DNA of 64,000 bases, from positions 5,146,001 to 5,210,000 of the forward strand of contig NC_092672.1 in NCBI RefSeq assembly GCF_964355755.1. Reading direction: 5' to 3'. Made by a program: the position numbers and the translations under genes. Numbering within the stretch: position 1 is the first letter of the stretch; every line of letters begins with the position of its first letter. This document shows positions 23,664 to 35,445 of the stretch, piece by piece. The DNA is from Antedon mediterranea. Lineage: Eukaryota > Animalia > Echinodermata. Under the pieces are notes generated by a model. That model was given only the letters and a program-made list of their open reading frames with translations, was not told the origin of the DNA and did not search any database.

Positions 23664-26600
23664 TTAGTCTTTGAATAGTTCATGCAAGCCTTGAATTGAG
23701 CGATGTGTAGCAAATGAGGCAGGAATATTGGTAACATGCTGAAAGATAAATATAATAATAATAAATGGGACATATATGGCGCATTATGCAAAGCTTCAAT
23801 ACGCTTAACAAAAGAAATAAAAAGTGGAAAACTAAGAAAAAAAAAAGAGTTAAAGAGGTGGGTTTTTAGAGCAACCTTAAAATAAGCGATTGAAGTAGCC
23901 CGACGGATAAAGATTGGTAAACCGTTCCAAAGGGCGAGAGAGGCCCAAAAAATGGAACGAAAACATAGAATTAACATTATATGAGCTCACAAATGCAAAA
24001 ACACTGTTTCTTTATAATAATGCTGTACACTAGAACCCCTATTACGGGAACACCTTCAGAACCCATCAAAGTGTTCCCTGAATATACTGTATAGTGCCTC
24101 TTGATCATGTAACAGGAAAGGTATTTGTCTGTCTACACTATCAAAATTTATGTGACAAAAAAATGTGATGTGCCCATATATGGACATGATGATGTCATAT
24201 CACTACCATATTTGGGCACACTTTTTTGTCAAACTAGTTTGGTAGTGTAGATAGAGCTAATAAGCTTAAGGATGATGTCTTACCTTTTTACATAAGTCTA
24301 GCATTGTGTCTAGTTGTACTATTTCTTCTTCTGCCTTCTTCCAATTGTCTTTAAGTGTTTTCATCTAAGAATATATAAAGAAATACATATAAGTGTGTAA
24401 AGCCTTCTCTACACTATCAAATTTTATGTAACAAAAAAATGTGATGTGCCCATATGATGTTATATCACTACCATATTTGGGCATATCTCTACCATATTTG
24501 GGCATATCTCTACCATATTTTGGTACATCACACTGGCAAACATTTCAACATTTTATTACACACAGCCTGATTCACGAAGGATATCAAACAAAATTTAACA
24601 ACAAAATAAAATATATAAGATGATAATCACATAAAATAGATCAAAGTCCATCATGATGAAACCATATTTTTAGATTACAAAAACGGTTAGATCAAGACAC
24701 AACTTTGCACCGATTACTAGCTGCATTTAATGGCAGTATGTTTCCATGTATGTTTAACCCAAACAAAATGACCAGGGTAATATTATGTGAAGCGATTAGA
24801 AGCATTGTGTAATATGTGCTATGTAAGAACGAATATTATTTATTATGTGGAACTATATAGGGTTTCTATTATTAATAAATTTAATATAAATGGGTATTTT
24901 CAGTTGTGATAGCTTACCTGTCTAGATGCTTTGCTGTTAAGTTTCTCATAATAATCATTCTTGGCCATCGCATGCAGTTTAAGTTTTTCCATCTGTGTAA
25001 TAAATCAAACCAAATTGTTAGTAGAAATTTAAAATTTTCTAATGCTTTTAATCATATTACTTAGTATGTTATTCATTAATGTATTTTTATTATAGTGTTA
25101 GAAAAATTAAATTTGAGACTGAGAGGAATATGTAAAAAAAAAAAGTTGAATAATAAATATAAAATATAGAAATACAAATTTATCAACTAAATAACTAAAG
25201 CTTGGTTCCCACTAGAACGTAACGCAAGGACGTAAACGCAACGCAAGCGTTTTAAAGCTTGGTTCCCACTAGAACGTAACGCAAGGACGTAAACGCAACG
25301 CAAGCGTTTTAACCAATGGCAAGCGAAGTTATAGACAGTTAGCAATCACAAGCGAATAAGCCATCGGTTGTGATTGGTCAATTCACTTGCGTTGCGTTAC
25401 GTCGTTGTGTTGCGTCGCTAGTGGGAACCACGCTTTAACCTTCCCCTCTAACCAATCTCTTTCACTAAACAAAAAGTGAGCGAATGATTTCATTAGTGGC
25501 CACTGAATATAGTGTTAGAAAAATTCAATTTGAAACTGTGAATGGGATATGTAATAGAAAAATTGAATATAAAACATAGAAATACTTAACCTAACCCTCT
25601 AAATAATCTCTTCCACTCAACAAAAAGTGAGCGACTAATTTCAATTTTTATTTATTTCCACAAAATAACATATAACATATAATTTACTTATTTAATAAAC
25701 TAGTTAGTTGATAGATAAACTTGCATATAAACACAATGAAAAAAAAGTAGTTCAGTCATGTGGGGGGTGGAGAGTCAGATAAGTTAAGATTTCATTGGTG
25801 GCCATACGATGGAACAAAGTCGGCTTTTACATACCTCTTTTTTAAGTGAGATATTATCTTGAATGATCTTTTTGGCGTCCAGTTCACCTTCTACACAATC
25901 CAGACGTCGTGTCATTTCAGTTAGTTCTTTTTCCAGTAACTGTTGCTGCATGTTGGAACCTTTTATCAAATTCTGTAATGTGCCTATTTCTTCCTTCAAA
26001 TGCTATCAATAAAAATACACACACCAAAAAACAGTTATTATATTCAAAATGAAAGATCTCTATTGATATATTCATTCATTCATCCATCTTTTTATTTCGG
26101 AATACCATGATGACATAATAAATCAATCAATCAATCAATCAGATTTATATAGCGCCAGTATCCATAATAATGTTCAAAGGCGCTTGACAAAGTTAAGCAG
26201 GAAATGCCTCTGTGTAAAAATGGGTTTTTAGTCGTGTTTTGAAAGTGTTGATGTTTTCAGATGTCTTTATGTCGATTGGCAGTTTATTCCACAAAATGGG
26301 TGCTGCACAGGAAAATGCACGATGGCCATATGTCTGAAGTTTCCATTTAGGAACATGAAGGAGAAGTTTATTAGATGAACGCAGTGTACGAGACGAAGCT
26401 TAATCTAAGAAATAATTGTACAGATAACAACAAAAAAAGAATTAAGGTTCTACAGGATAACATACAAAAGATAGTCAATGCAACAATTTATTCTATTCCA
26501 CTGTATGTGCATTCTTGACAAATTAAAAACGTGGCGATTAATGGCCATGATCTAAGAACACTAACACGATTTTTTAAACTAATTTTTTAATGAACTTATC

Positions 26601-29600
26601 AAAAACATATACGGTAAAAGCTTACTTTATTTTCAATCTGCAAATCTGAAAAGCCATCCAGTTTAGTAGCCATAGTATTAAGTTGTTGCTGTTTATAACC
26701 AATTATCATATTCTGTTCTGCCAATTCTGACATTCTGGATTTTAGTGTCTGATGGAGGCGTCGTTCACGGCATTCTGATTCCTGAAGCCTCTCTCTAAAC
26801 TGCCCATTTTCAATATCAAAATAGTTGATTGTCTTTTTCAGTCTGTCTTCAATCATTTGTCTGCAAAAAATGTTTATTTTAAATAATAATAAAATTTAAA
26901 ATTAAGGTTTTAACAGTCATAGAAAACAGGGGCAGATCCAGAAGGTTGTGGGCATTGTGCATATTCACTACTCTAAGACAGGAAATTCAGTTTAACTGGT
27001 ATTTGTATAAACAAATAAACATTACCGTTCTTGGATTAATTCTTCATTCTTATTCATCAACTCCATTTCATTCTCCTTCATCGACGACACAAGTTTTTGG
27101 AACAAGCTACATGTCGCTCTTACAGAATCTCCGAGCGATTTCTTCTGAGAATCACTCTGGCCATCATCAGATTCATTCACTGTGGTATCAGTGTTCTGGA
27201 TTCTTTGTGGTTTAACTGCAGTAAAGGCACTGCTTTCTGATCCTAGAACTGGTGACTTTTGACAACCAGTGTCTGGTTCAACGTCAGTAGTATCATATCT
27301 ATAAGTAGTATCTGGTTGATCGTCAGTATCATATCTATAAGACATTTCTTGTGTATGGTCTCCGCCATTAATAGCTTGCAATATTGAGGCTACAAGAGAA
27401 ACTTCTGAGTGCGATGAAGCATTTACAGAATCTTCAACAGTCTCTGAATATTTAATTTCACCCAACTGCTTTTCTAATCTTTGACCTTTTACGGAAAGTA
27501 CATCTGATTTCTATCAAAAATAAATAAAATTATTAAGGTAAAATGCACTTTAAATAAAGTACTCCCAGTGATGTAACTTCAGATGGCAATTCTAACACCA
27601 ATTAAAAAGATACAGAGCTGCATTAGCGTCATCAAACTAGAAAAAATGACACCAGTCATAGAGCAAATAAACAAAATGAAGATAATATATCATATTGTAT
27701 AAATACCTGTTCACATTGCTGAGGCATCTCAAGTGAATTAATAGCAGTAACCATCAATGACTGCAGACTGTCAATCTCTTTTGATGCATCTGCCATCTCT
27801 GACAGCTGGTTCAGTAACATTAGGTGAGCGTTTGCTTTGGTGTTGTCCAGCTCACTTTCGCAATCCATCAGTTGTTGTCTATAAAACACATTCAATATAA
27901 AGTTAATTAAAGTTTTAATGTTGATTTCATTCACTGTGTTTCAAGGTTGCAATCCTGTTCACAGTTCTATTACAAGTTTTTGAGAGTTGAGTTATTTTCT
28001 TTTTTTTTGTCCTGAGAAAAAATCTGACAAGATTTGAACCCATTACCTCAACATAGATGTGGCCTCCTGTAACTCATCCATTTCTTCTAACTTGCTGTAC
28101 AATGTCATCTTGTACCGAGACAGGTCTTGTATCAGTGCCTGGCACTCCGATTCCTTCTCTGTTAATGTCTCATTCAATGCTTGGCATTCTGTCTTCACAA
28201 AATCATGTGATTCCTTATAATTTTCTTCCATTTTCTTGGATACATGATTAAGAAAATGCATAAAAAAATGTGATGTGCCCATATATGGACATGATGATGT
28301 CATATCACTTCCATGTTTGGGCATATCACAACCATATTTGGGCACATCAAACTTTTTTGTCACATAAAGTTTGATAGTGTAGACAGAGCTTAAATATGCT
28401 TAAGCCTTGTCTACACTATCAAACTTTATGTGACAAAAAAATGTGATGTGCCCATATATGGACATGATGATGTCATATCACTTCCATGTTTGGGCATATC
28501 ACAACCATATTTGGGCACATCAAACTTTTTTGTCACATAAAGTTTGATAGTGTAGACAGAGCTTTAGAAGGTAGTGGTAGTGAAGCTGTGACTACATTAT
28601 CAAACTTTATGTGATGTGCCCATTATATGAACATGATGATTTCATATCACATGTTTTGACACAACACACTTTTTTTGTCAAAGTAGTTTGATAGTGTAGA
28701 CAGCTTAAGGATTTGAAACTAGGATACTACAAAACCATTAAACTATATGCGTCACTCATATTCACCACAAAATCAACAAGAAACACAATCTAGTTCTCCA
28801 TTGAAAAGCACTGGTTCAACACTTTCTGCCTCCATTCAAGTTTCTCTATTTTAGTTTTGATAGCATCGAGGGCTAATATACTACTAGCATAACCTATGCT
28901 AGGCCTGTTAAATTTCACAAAATACAAACTTGTATGCTTTGTTTTGCTTGATATAATTGCGCCTTCACTTGGAAATTCATCCTAATCTCCTGAAACTGGT
29001 CAGCAATTCGCCTTTTATTTTCAGTATTCTCTTGTAGAAGCTCTTCAATCTTTGAATGCAGCGATTGAATTTCATCTTTATAAGCAGATTGCAACCTATT
29101 GAAATAAGATTATTTATAGTAAAGACATCTTGATATGCACAATTCGGTATACTCTAAAGCTCTGTCTACACTATTAAAGTTTATGTGACAAACAAATGTG
29201 ATGTGCCCAAATGGACATGATGATGTCATATCACTACCATATTTGGGCACATCACACTTTTTTTGTCACATCAAGTTTGATAGTGTAGACAGAGCTACTA
29301 TTATTGTTCTGTAATTAGACTTAAAACCACAGTACAAAATGCTACTTATATCATGTGTTCGTATTTAGGTCGTTGGTCCGTCATTGGACAAACCTTTTAA
29401 TTAATTGCAATGTGTGCGTACTGTGATAACATTCTCGACAACACAAATTGACTCTCATAATGATTGCCGTCAGCTAAACTATCTTTTCACTAACTTGTTA
29501 GAACATAATTTTAGGAACATTTAACTTAACTTGAATGAAGACCTGTACATTGTTAATTTATTTTTCTTAACTTTTAAAACGTCATGTCTATTATTAATAA

Positions 29601-32600
29601 CAAATCATTTCCCCAAAAAGTGGAATATCACATACTCTGAACACTTCTTGTTAAGCTCATCATTGGCAGCACCAAGTTCTGCAATCACTGCTTCATTGTG
29701 AGTTTGTTGTCTGTAAGTCTGATCAGTCTGGACTATCAAAGAGGCTTCCAAAGACATTTCATTCAGGCAACTCTCAATAGCCTTCTGATCGTATAAAGTG
29801 TTTTGTTCTTGAAGATAACTGACAGAATCTTTACACTGGTCAAGTTCTGCAAGAAAAATTATTAAATTGTATGAAATTACAATGACAACTTTATTAGCAG
29901 GGAAGTTCATCAGTGTTTGTGATAAATCTGATAAGCTATATATCAAAATGATGGTGCTTTGTTTTAGTTCATTCACTATCCTTCTCAAAGGTGGCAATCC
30001 TGTTTACAAGACAAACATATACACAAGATGCTCTACATAAACATAAGTCTTATTAAGTCTTTGGGAGTGGAGTTGTAATTTGTCATTAGAAAAAAATCCT
30101 GACATATGACAGGACTTGAGCCCAGGACTCTTGGATTGGTAGTGACAAGCATCATAACTACCAAGCCACAATTGCACTCTAGCTTAAACAAACAAGGATG
30201 CTTTTAAGTTACCCATTTTAGTCTGTTCGAAACAGGTTAAGAATTCAGTATACTGATGTGTAGCAACTCCTAGCTCTAGGCTAGCTTTCTTGTAAAGTTC
30301 ATCCAGTTGTGACCTCTCAGCCTTGGTGAGTTCCAACTCCATTCTAAGCTCATTTATATATTCATTAGCTTCATTTACTTCTTCAAAAGCATTGCCTACC
30401 CTTGCATCATTCTCTTCCATTTTGACTTTCATCAATAAATTCTAAGAAAGAGGAATTCAATTTCAACTATTGAAAATGTTTCGTTTTTTAGGGGACTGAC
30501 ATTCACCTTCTATACAACTGGTATATCCATATCTGTTACCTGGGAGTAGAGAGGAACAGTGTGGATGAAGAATCTTGTTTACAATGGCTATGAGCGTTCA
30601 CTGGCTAAACCCAGGGGCCCCAGAAGTCAAGGGGCCATAGAGCATGAGCAGTCCCAGCATTGAAGGGCCATTAGGAGTGCTAAACCTTGGGCCTTTGACC
30701 TGTGTGTTACACCACTGCTTGTTCAAAACAATCAACAAGAAGTTAAAATGGGCTGTATCTCTAACCAGAAAATGATCTGTGTAATGCAACTACCCAGCGT
30801 TGGAGGGCCCCTTAGGAGTGCTAAACCATGGGCCTTTGCCCTGTGCGTTATGCCACTGCTTCTTCAAGACACTCAACAAGAAGTGAGCTAAATCTCTAAC
30901 CACTGTGCCAAAGTTCAGAGGCCAGAGTTTATCACATCTTACCTCTTCTTTGTATTTCTTGCATTCCTCTTCCATTTGTCTTACCAACACTTCAAGACTA
31001 GCATAATAATCATTTAAACTTTCCATCTCCTCCTGAAATTAGATAGAAATTTTAATTAATTTTCTATTATCACACAAACTAATGTATTTCACATGTCCTT
31101 GTATAACATTAGTCATCTTAAGGCCACCTCAAACAGCGTCGTACAATAAGGCCCACAAGTCGTCTCATCGGGGAGAAAATTAAACATGTTTAAAGTTCTT
31201 GCCACAACCTAAAAACTATGGCCGACGCTATCTCAAGATGACTCGCCTCGTCGGGATTCAACTCAGACAGCACTGATGAGTCAAGATGTTTTTCGTCGGG
31301 GCCTCATCGTACGATGCTGTCTGAGTTGGCCTTTAAACAACCGAAAGACTGTTAATATGGGACCTTTTGAATATGTTGCAGAAAAACGTTTCCATACAAT
31401 CTCATAAAACCTACCTGTACTTCATCTTCTTCTTGAAGAGCATCTTCAAACCGAGAGAACGATTTTAAACTTTCTTCAAGTTCCTTCACTCGATCTGTGG
31501 CAGCTTTTAGTTTCTCTTTCAGGTTGCCATTCTCCTTGACATCATCTCTCATTCTCTCCACTTCCTTTTTGTGTTGTCGATATGCTCTACAGAGATCTTG
31601 CTGAAGGTTTTGTATCTGTTTCTGATAGTGAGATTTTGTACAACTAAGGTCTGCTTCAAGGATATTTGTTTCATCACATTTCTAAAAAAAAATATGTATT
31701 AAGCTCTGTCTACACTATCAAAAAAGTGTGACGTGCAAAAATATGGTAGTGATATGCCCACATATGGTAGTGATATGACATCATCATGTCCATATTATAG
31801 GCACATCACATTTTTTTGTCCCATAAAGTTGATAGTGTAGACAGAGCTATACTGATGAAGCAAATTAGATGTTTACATATTTTTGTTCTCTCATTTGTTA
31901 TTTTAAAATGTGTAATTTACTGTAAGTTGATCACGACCTTGTAGAAGAACACCTTTATAGTGACACAAGCTTTTCCGTGTTAAAATAAAGTATAATTTAT
32001 TATTATTATTATTAAGACATTTTTGGTATTTAGGATATCTGTATTTAAAATACACAAACCTGAATAAGAGTTTGTTCCAGAGAGACTATCTGTTTAGTTT
32101 GTTCTCCGACTTGGATTTCAAGTTCCTCAATGGCTTTTTTATGTAGAGACTGCGAAGACAAGTTATTCATATAAAGTGACACGATTTATCATCAAATTAT
32201 AACACAATTTGAAATTTGATTGTAAAGTATGATAGACACTCTACTCTCATTGCCTTGTCCAAGGGACAGATCCTTGATAAACATATTAATATCATTGACC
32301 TGTCAAATATAAATGTAAAAATAGTTCATTTTTTTTTTTTTTAGCTGTCAGTCAGTCAAAAGGGGGAGAGCATCGTTGGATTCATCTGTGTTCATCTGAT
32401 GGGATGTAAATATGTCCTGTGTATGCACATTAAATAACATTAGTCTAGCGTCCGTAGAGGGCTTGAGTCAAATTTTCCTCAATGAGGACAATAGAACATT
32501 TACAGAACAAGAATTGCACCATGCTTTCAAAATGAAGTCTTAAATTTAAGTTTAATGTGAAAATCTTGCACACACCAGAATTGAACCAATGTCCTGGGGT

Positions 32601-35445
32601 GAAAGTCAAGCTACAGCTCTATGTATAAAAAATAATGTTAGTCCATACCTTAAAGTGTTCTTCCTGTTCAACTAATTCCCTCGACATCTGAATGACCTCT
32701 TGATCTTTCTCTTTGCCATGATTCTTCATGCTATTAACCTTACTCTCTAGTGTTTGAATGTCTTGTCTTAGAATCTCATTGCAGATGGCAGTACTCTCCA
32801 GCTGATTGTGAAGTTCACTGTCATTCTGGCTTTCCTCTTGTGTAAAACTTAATAAAAAAAAAAAACACAACACAATTAAGCTCTGTCTATACAATCAGAC
32901 CTATTTTGACAAAAAAGTGTGACATGCCTAAATATGGTAGATACAGTATGACACACCACATTTTTTGTAACATCAAGTTTGATAGTTCAGTGCAATAAAA
33001 TAAAAACAATATAGTGTTTATTTTATGTAAATTATATCTCAAAATGTATGTGTAAGCCACAAAAACTACAAGAACTTTTTGACAAGACAGTGTGTCACCA
33101 TCATGTCATTCTGTAGGTTAGTGCCTTAGTTTCTGTTTATGACATAAATCTGCTCTATATTCTGCTTTTACAGAAACTAACCTGCCAAATAAACTACTGT
33201 AGTTAAACCTGACTGAAGGTAATCAACCCCTGATCCTGGCTAAGTAAACTATGACTATAGATGTCATCCAGTAAAAAGAAATAAATAAAGCAGGTACGTA
33301 TGTTTACTTACTTTAAATCGATATTAGCTAGAGGAGATGTGCATGAGGTAGCATCTGAAGTTTGATGTGGCGTTACAGAAGTAGATTGGTCTTTAAAGGA
33401 ACGAGGAGTGAACTGGGTAGCAGTGCTCTTTACTGGCGGAGGTGTCATATTCACAGCTTCATCAACCATCACGACAGGAAAGGTTCCTTGCTCTTGCCAC
33501 GACCTTGGAGTCATCTGAGAGATGCCATCTTTCAGATGTTTTGGTGTGATACTTGTGGAACTATCTGAAACGATCTTTTGATAAGGTGTTGCAGTTGTGC
33601 CTTCATCTTTAGAAGGCACTGGTGTCATGCTGGTGAACACATGTATTGATCTAGCTGGTGTTGTGTTAACTGCAGAATTTGTTGTGTCCACATGCTTTAA
33701 GAGATTCTTTGGGGAATTGAATAGACAATCTTTTGGGCTTGAAAAACTATCTATCATTTTAACTGGAGAGAAGGATGAATGGAAGGAATGTAGACAATCA
33801 GTTGATGCTGTATCTCTGGTTGTGATCAAGTCGAAGTTATCTACATGCCATTCTGGTGAAGCATGTGAAGCACTGTCACATACATTAAACAAATTTACAG
33901 ATGTGCTTTGGAAAGGGGAATAGGATGCAAGGGACTCTTTTATTTCTATGTGGCACTGGTCTCCATCATTTTGTGGTGAGGTAGTTACTGCATCCTCTAG
34001 AGGTTTTAGAATCTGTGATGGTTCAGTTTCAGCTGATTGTGCACTTGATGTTTCTTTTAATTCTTGACTTCCTTTCGTACTGTATTTAGCATTGTCGTCT
34101 TGTAAAATTGCAAGTTGTTTTTCAATTATGCTGTTGACAAATTCTGTAATGGCATCGTCGTCAATTGGTGGAGAAACACCATTGTGTTTTAATAGAATGC
34201 TGCAATCTGGCGTGATTTGCTGAAAAAAATACAATTGGTACAAATATATATTATTTATTCTTTTCAGTGTAAATGAAATAGAACTCAAAAAGGCATACAC
34301 TAATCACAGCTACATAGAAATATTTTCTCTAAACAATGACGTACATAGTATGAAACCTCACTCCTATCCTAAATACTGTATAACCGAACTTAACCCTCTA
34401 AACACTCCATTCTAAAGAATTAATTATAGAGTGCATTGCTGTGCTCTAACATAGGCACATGTCGTATTATGTGTAGCATTGTGTGGTGTTTAGTAAGATC
34501 AAGCTATTCATATTATCATAAAAATATACAATAATATAAATGACAGAGCTTTATGGCTAGTGTTGCCTGAAAGCTCTGCTAACTCATTTTTCTGGTTGGT
34601 TTACTTTATCGTTTTGATTTAGCTTTTTGCTTATTTTATTTTGTATCTCCATTGAGATCCAGCCACTTATACCCACAGTATTGTCAATTTCTTTCAGTAA
34701 TTTGCCTTTGAATATTATAAATTAATATACCAGTTTTTCTTCTCTAATGTTTACTTTACAGGGTGATGCATCTCCTTGACTAATTTTAGGCTTTTCAACT
34801 GATTCATCTCTTAGAATGCAAGGGGTCTTGGATCTTTTTAATTGCTTCTTTAGAGGTCGTACTGGGGTAAAGCAGGTTGGAGAAAAAGATTCCTGATGAT
34901 CAGTAGTAGATGGCTTCTTTCTGGAGAGAGTCGTCGCTGGTGTGAGTGACAACAAACTGGTAGAGGAGTTCACAAGACTAAGAGGCTTGCGATGTGGAGT
35001 TTTGCATCTTGTAACAGATTTCTAAATTTAAAAAGAAAACATGTTTAGCATCCTGTATTATTATCAAAAAAGGAAGGAGGAGGCCCCCCTCTCACTTTTC
35101 CTCCCCAAAGTGTGTCGCCTGTTTTCGTCGATCCTTCTGACGTGAACTATTGTATCTCAAATGTTTAAGTCTTGACAAAAAATAAACAAAATACAACATA
35201 CTTTTATCTCTTTTTAAAGCATACTGTAAAGGAATGTTTAAACAAAAAAAGGCGGTGTCCAAAAAAGAAGCGAGCGCTAATCATTAATCTTTTTTCATTT
35301 TACCTAAATAAACTACTGTACAAAAAAAGAAGCAGTAAACACAAATTAAAATGCAACAATTATTGTTTGATTTGTTACTCACAATGTGTCGTTGAGAAAG
35401 TTTGTTTTCTTTGTCCTTGTCTACAAGAGGTGTGTGGTGATACAT
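23664..35445 (-). CDS. SPAG5: Sperm-associated antigen 5 / Astrin-like mitotic spindle coiled-coil protein, about 1322 aa
   Basis: 18 phase-consistent exons: 35445-35383, 35021-34755, 34219-33312, 32847-32649, 32149-32060, 31681-31415, 31032-30943, 30441-30213, 29846-29636, 29095-28930, 28234-28047, 27878-27707, 27510-27026, 26860-26626, 26002-25835, 24992-24918, 24364-24284, 23738-23664. An S/T-P-rich N-terminus precedes two coiled-coil blocks. The linker LVASILQAI..PVLGSESSAFTAV and the C-terminus LKDNWKKAEEEIVQLDTMLDLCKKHVTNIPASFATHRSIQGLHELF resemble recalled human SPAG5 (FLGSILTAV..PLLGSDKSAFTRV; LEENLRRSDKELEKLDDIVQHIYKTLLSIPEVVRGCKELQGLLEFL). Confidence 0.8.
23752..23960 (-). mobile_element. 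L2 LINE 3' fragment
   Basis: Translates LWNGLPIFIRRATSIAYFKVALKTHLF, a typical L2 ORF2 C-terminus, followed by an AAGCG..GCGCCATATA stem and an (ATT)n tail. Confidence 0.8.
25199..25434. mobile_element. PIF/Harbinger-type MITE family B (179 bp; AGCTTGGTTCCCACTAG...CTAGTGGGAACCACGCT) with a duplicated 5' end
   Basis: A full copy at 25256-25434 is preceded by a repeat of its first 57 bp. Confidence 0.9.
26121..26394 (-). mobile_element. 5'-truncated L2 LINE
   Basis: Translates RTLRSSNKLLLHVPKWKLQTYGHRAFSCAAPILWNKLPIDIKTSENINTFKTRLKTHFYTEAFPA*, followed by a 3' stem AGCGCC..GGCGCT and a (GATT)n tail. Confidence 0.9.
28262..28706. mobile_element. Three adjacent family-A MITEs
   Basis: 28262-28390 and 28403-28563 are nearly identical, and the second has TTA on both flanks. 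A more diverged copy follows at 28585-28704. Confidence 0.85.
30655..30902. repeat. Diverged tandem duplication with a period of about 140 bp
   Basis: GGGCC..TTAGGAGTGCTAAACC.TGGGCCTTTG.CCTGTG..CCACTGCTT.TTCAA.AC..TCAACAAGAAGT occurs at about 30665 and 30805. Confidence 0.75.
31121..31332. mobile_element. PIF/Harbinger-type MITE family D
   Basis: TIRs AGGCCACCTCAAACAGCGTCGTAC / GTACGATGCTGTCTGAGTTGGCCT with TTA on both flanks. Confidence 0.75.

Noticed and set aside
23060-24284. Possible SPAG5-SLC13 read-through fusion protein
   Set aside because: Candidate acceptors near 23108 and 23077 give stops within a few codons in phase 0, and SPAG5 has its own conserved last exon.
28770-28875. Coiled-coil-like peptide (LDAIKTKIEKLEWRQKVLNQ) in a SPAG5 intron
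   Set aside because: It ends in a stop, has no phase-compatible acceptor, and the gene model is complete without it.
33597-33923. Plus-strand ORFs of 108 aa here and 157 aa at 37405-37878
   Set aside because: They are antisense shadows of long minus-strand coding exons.
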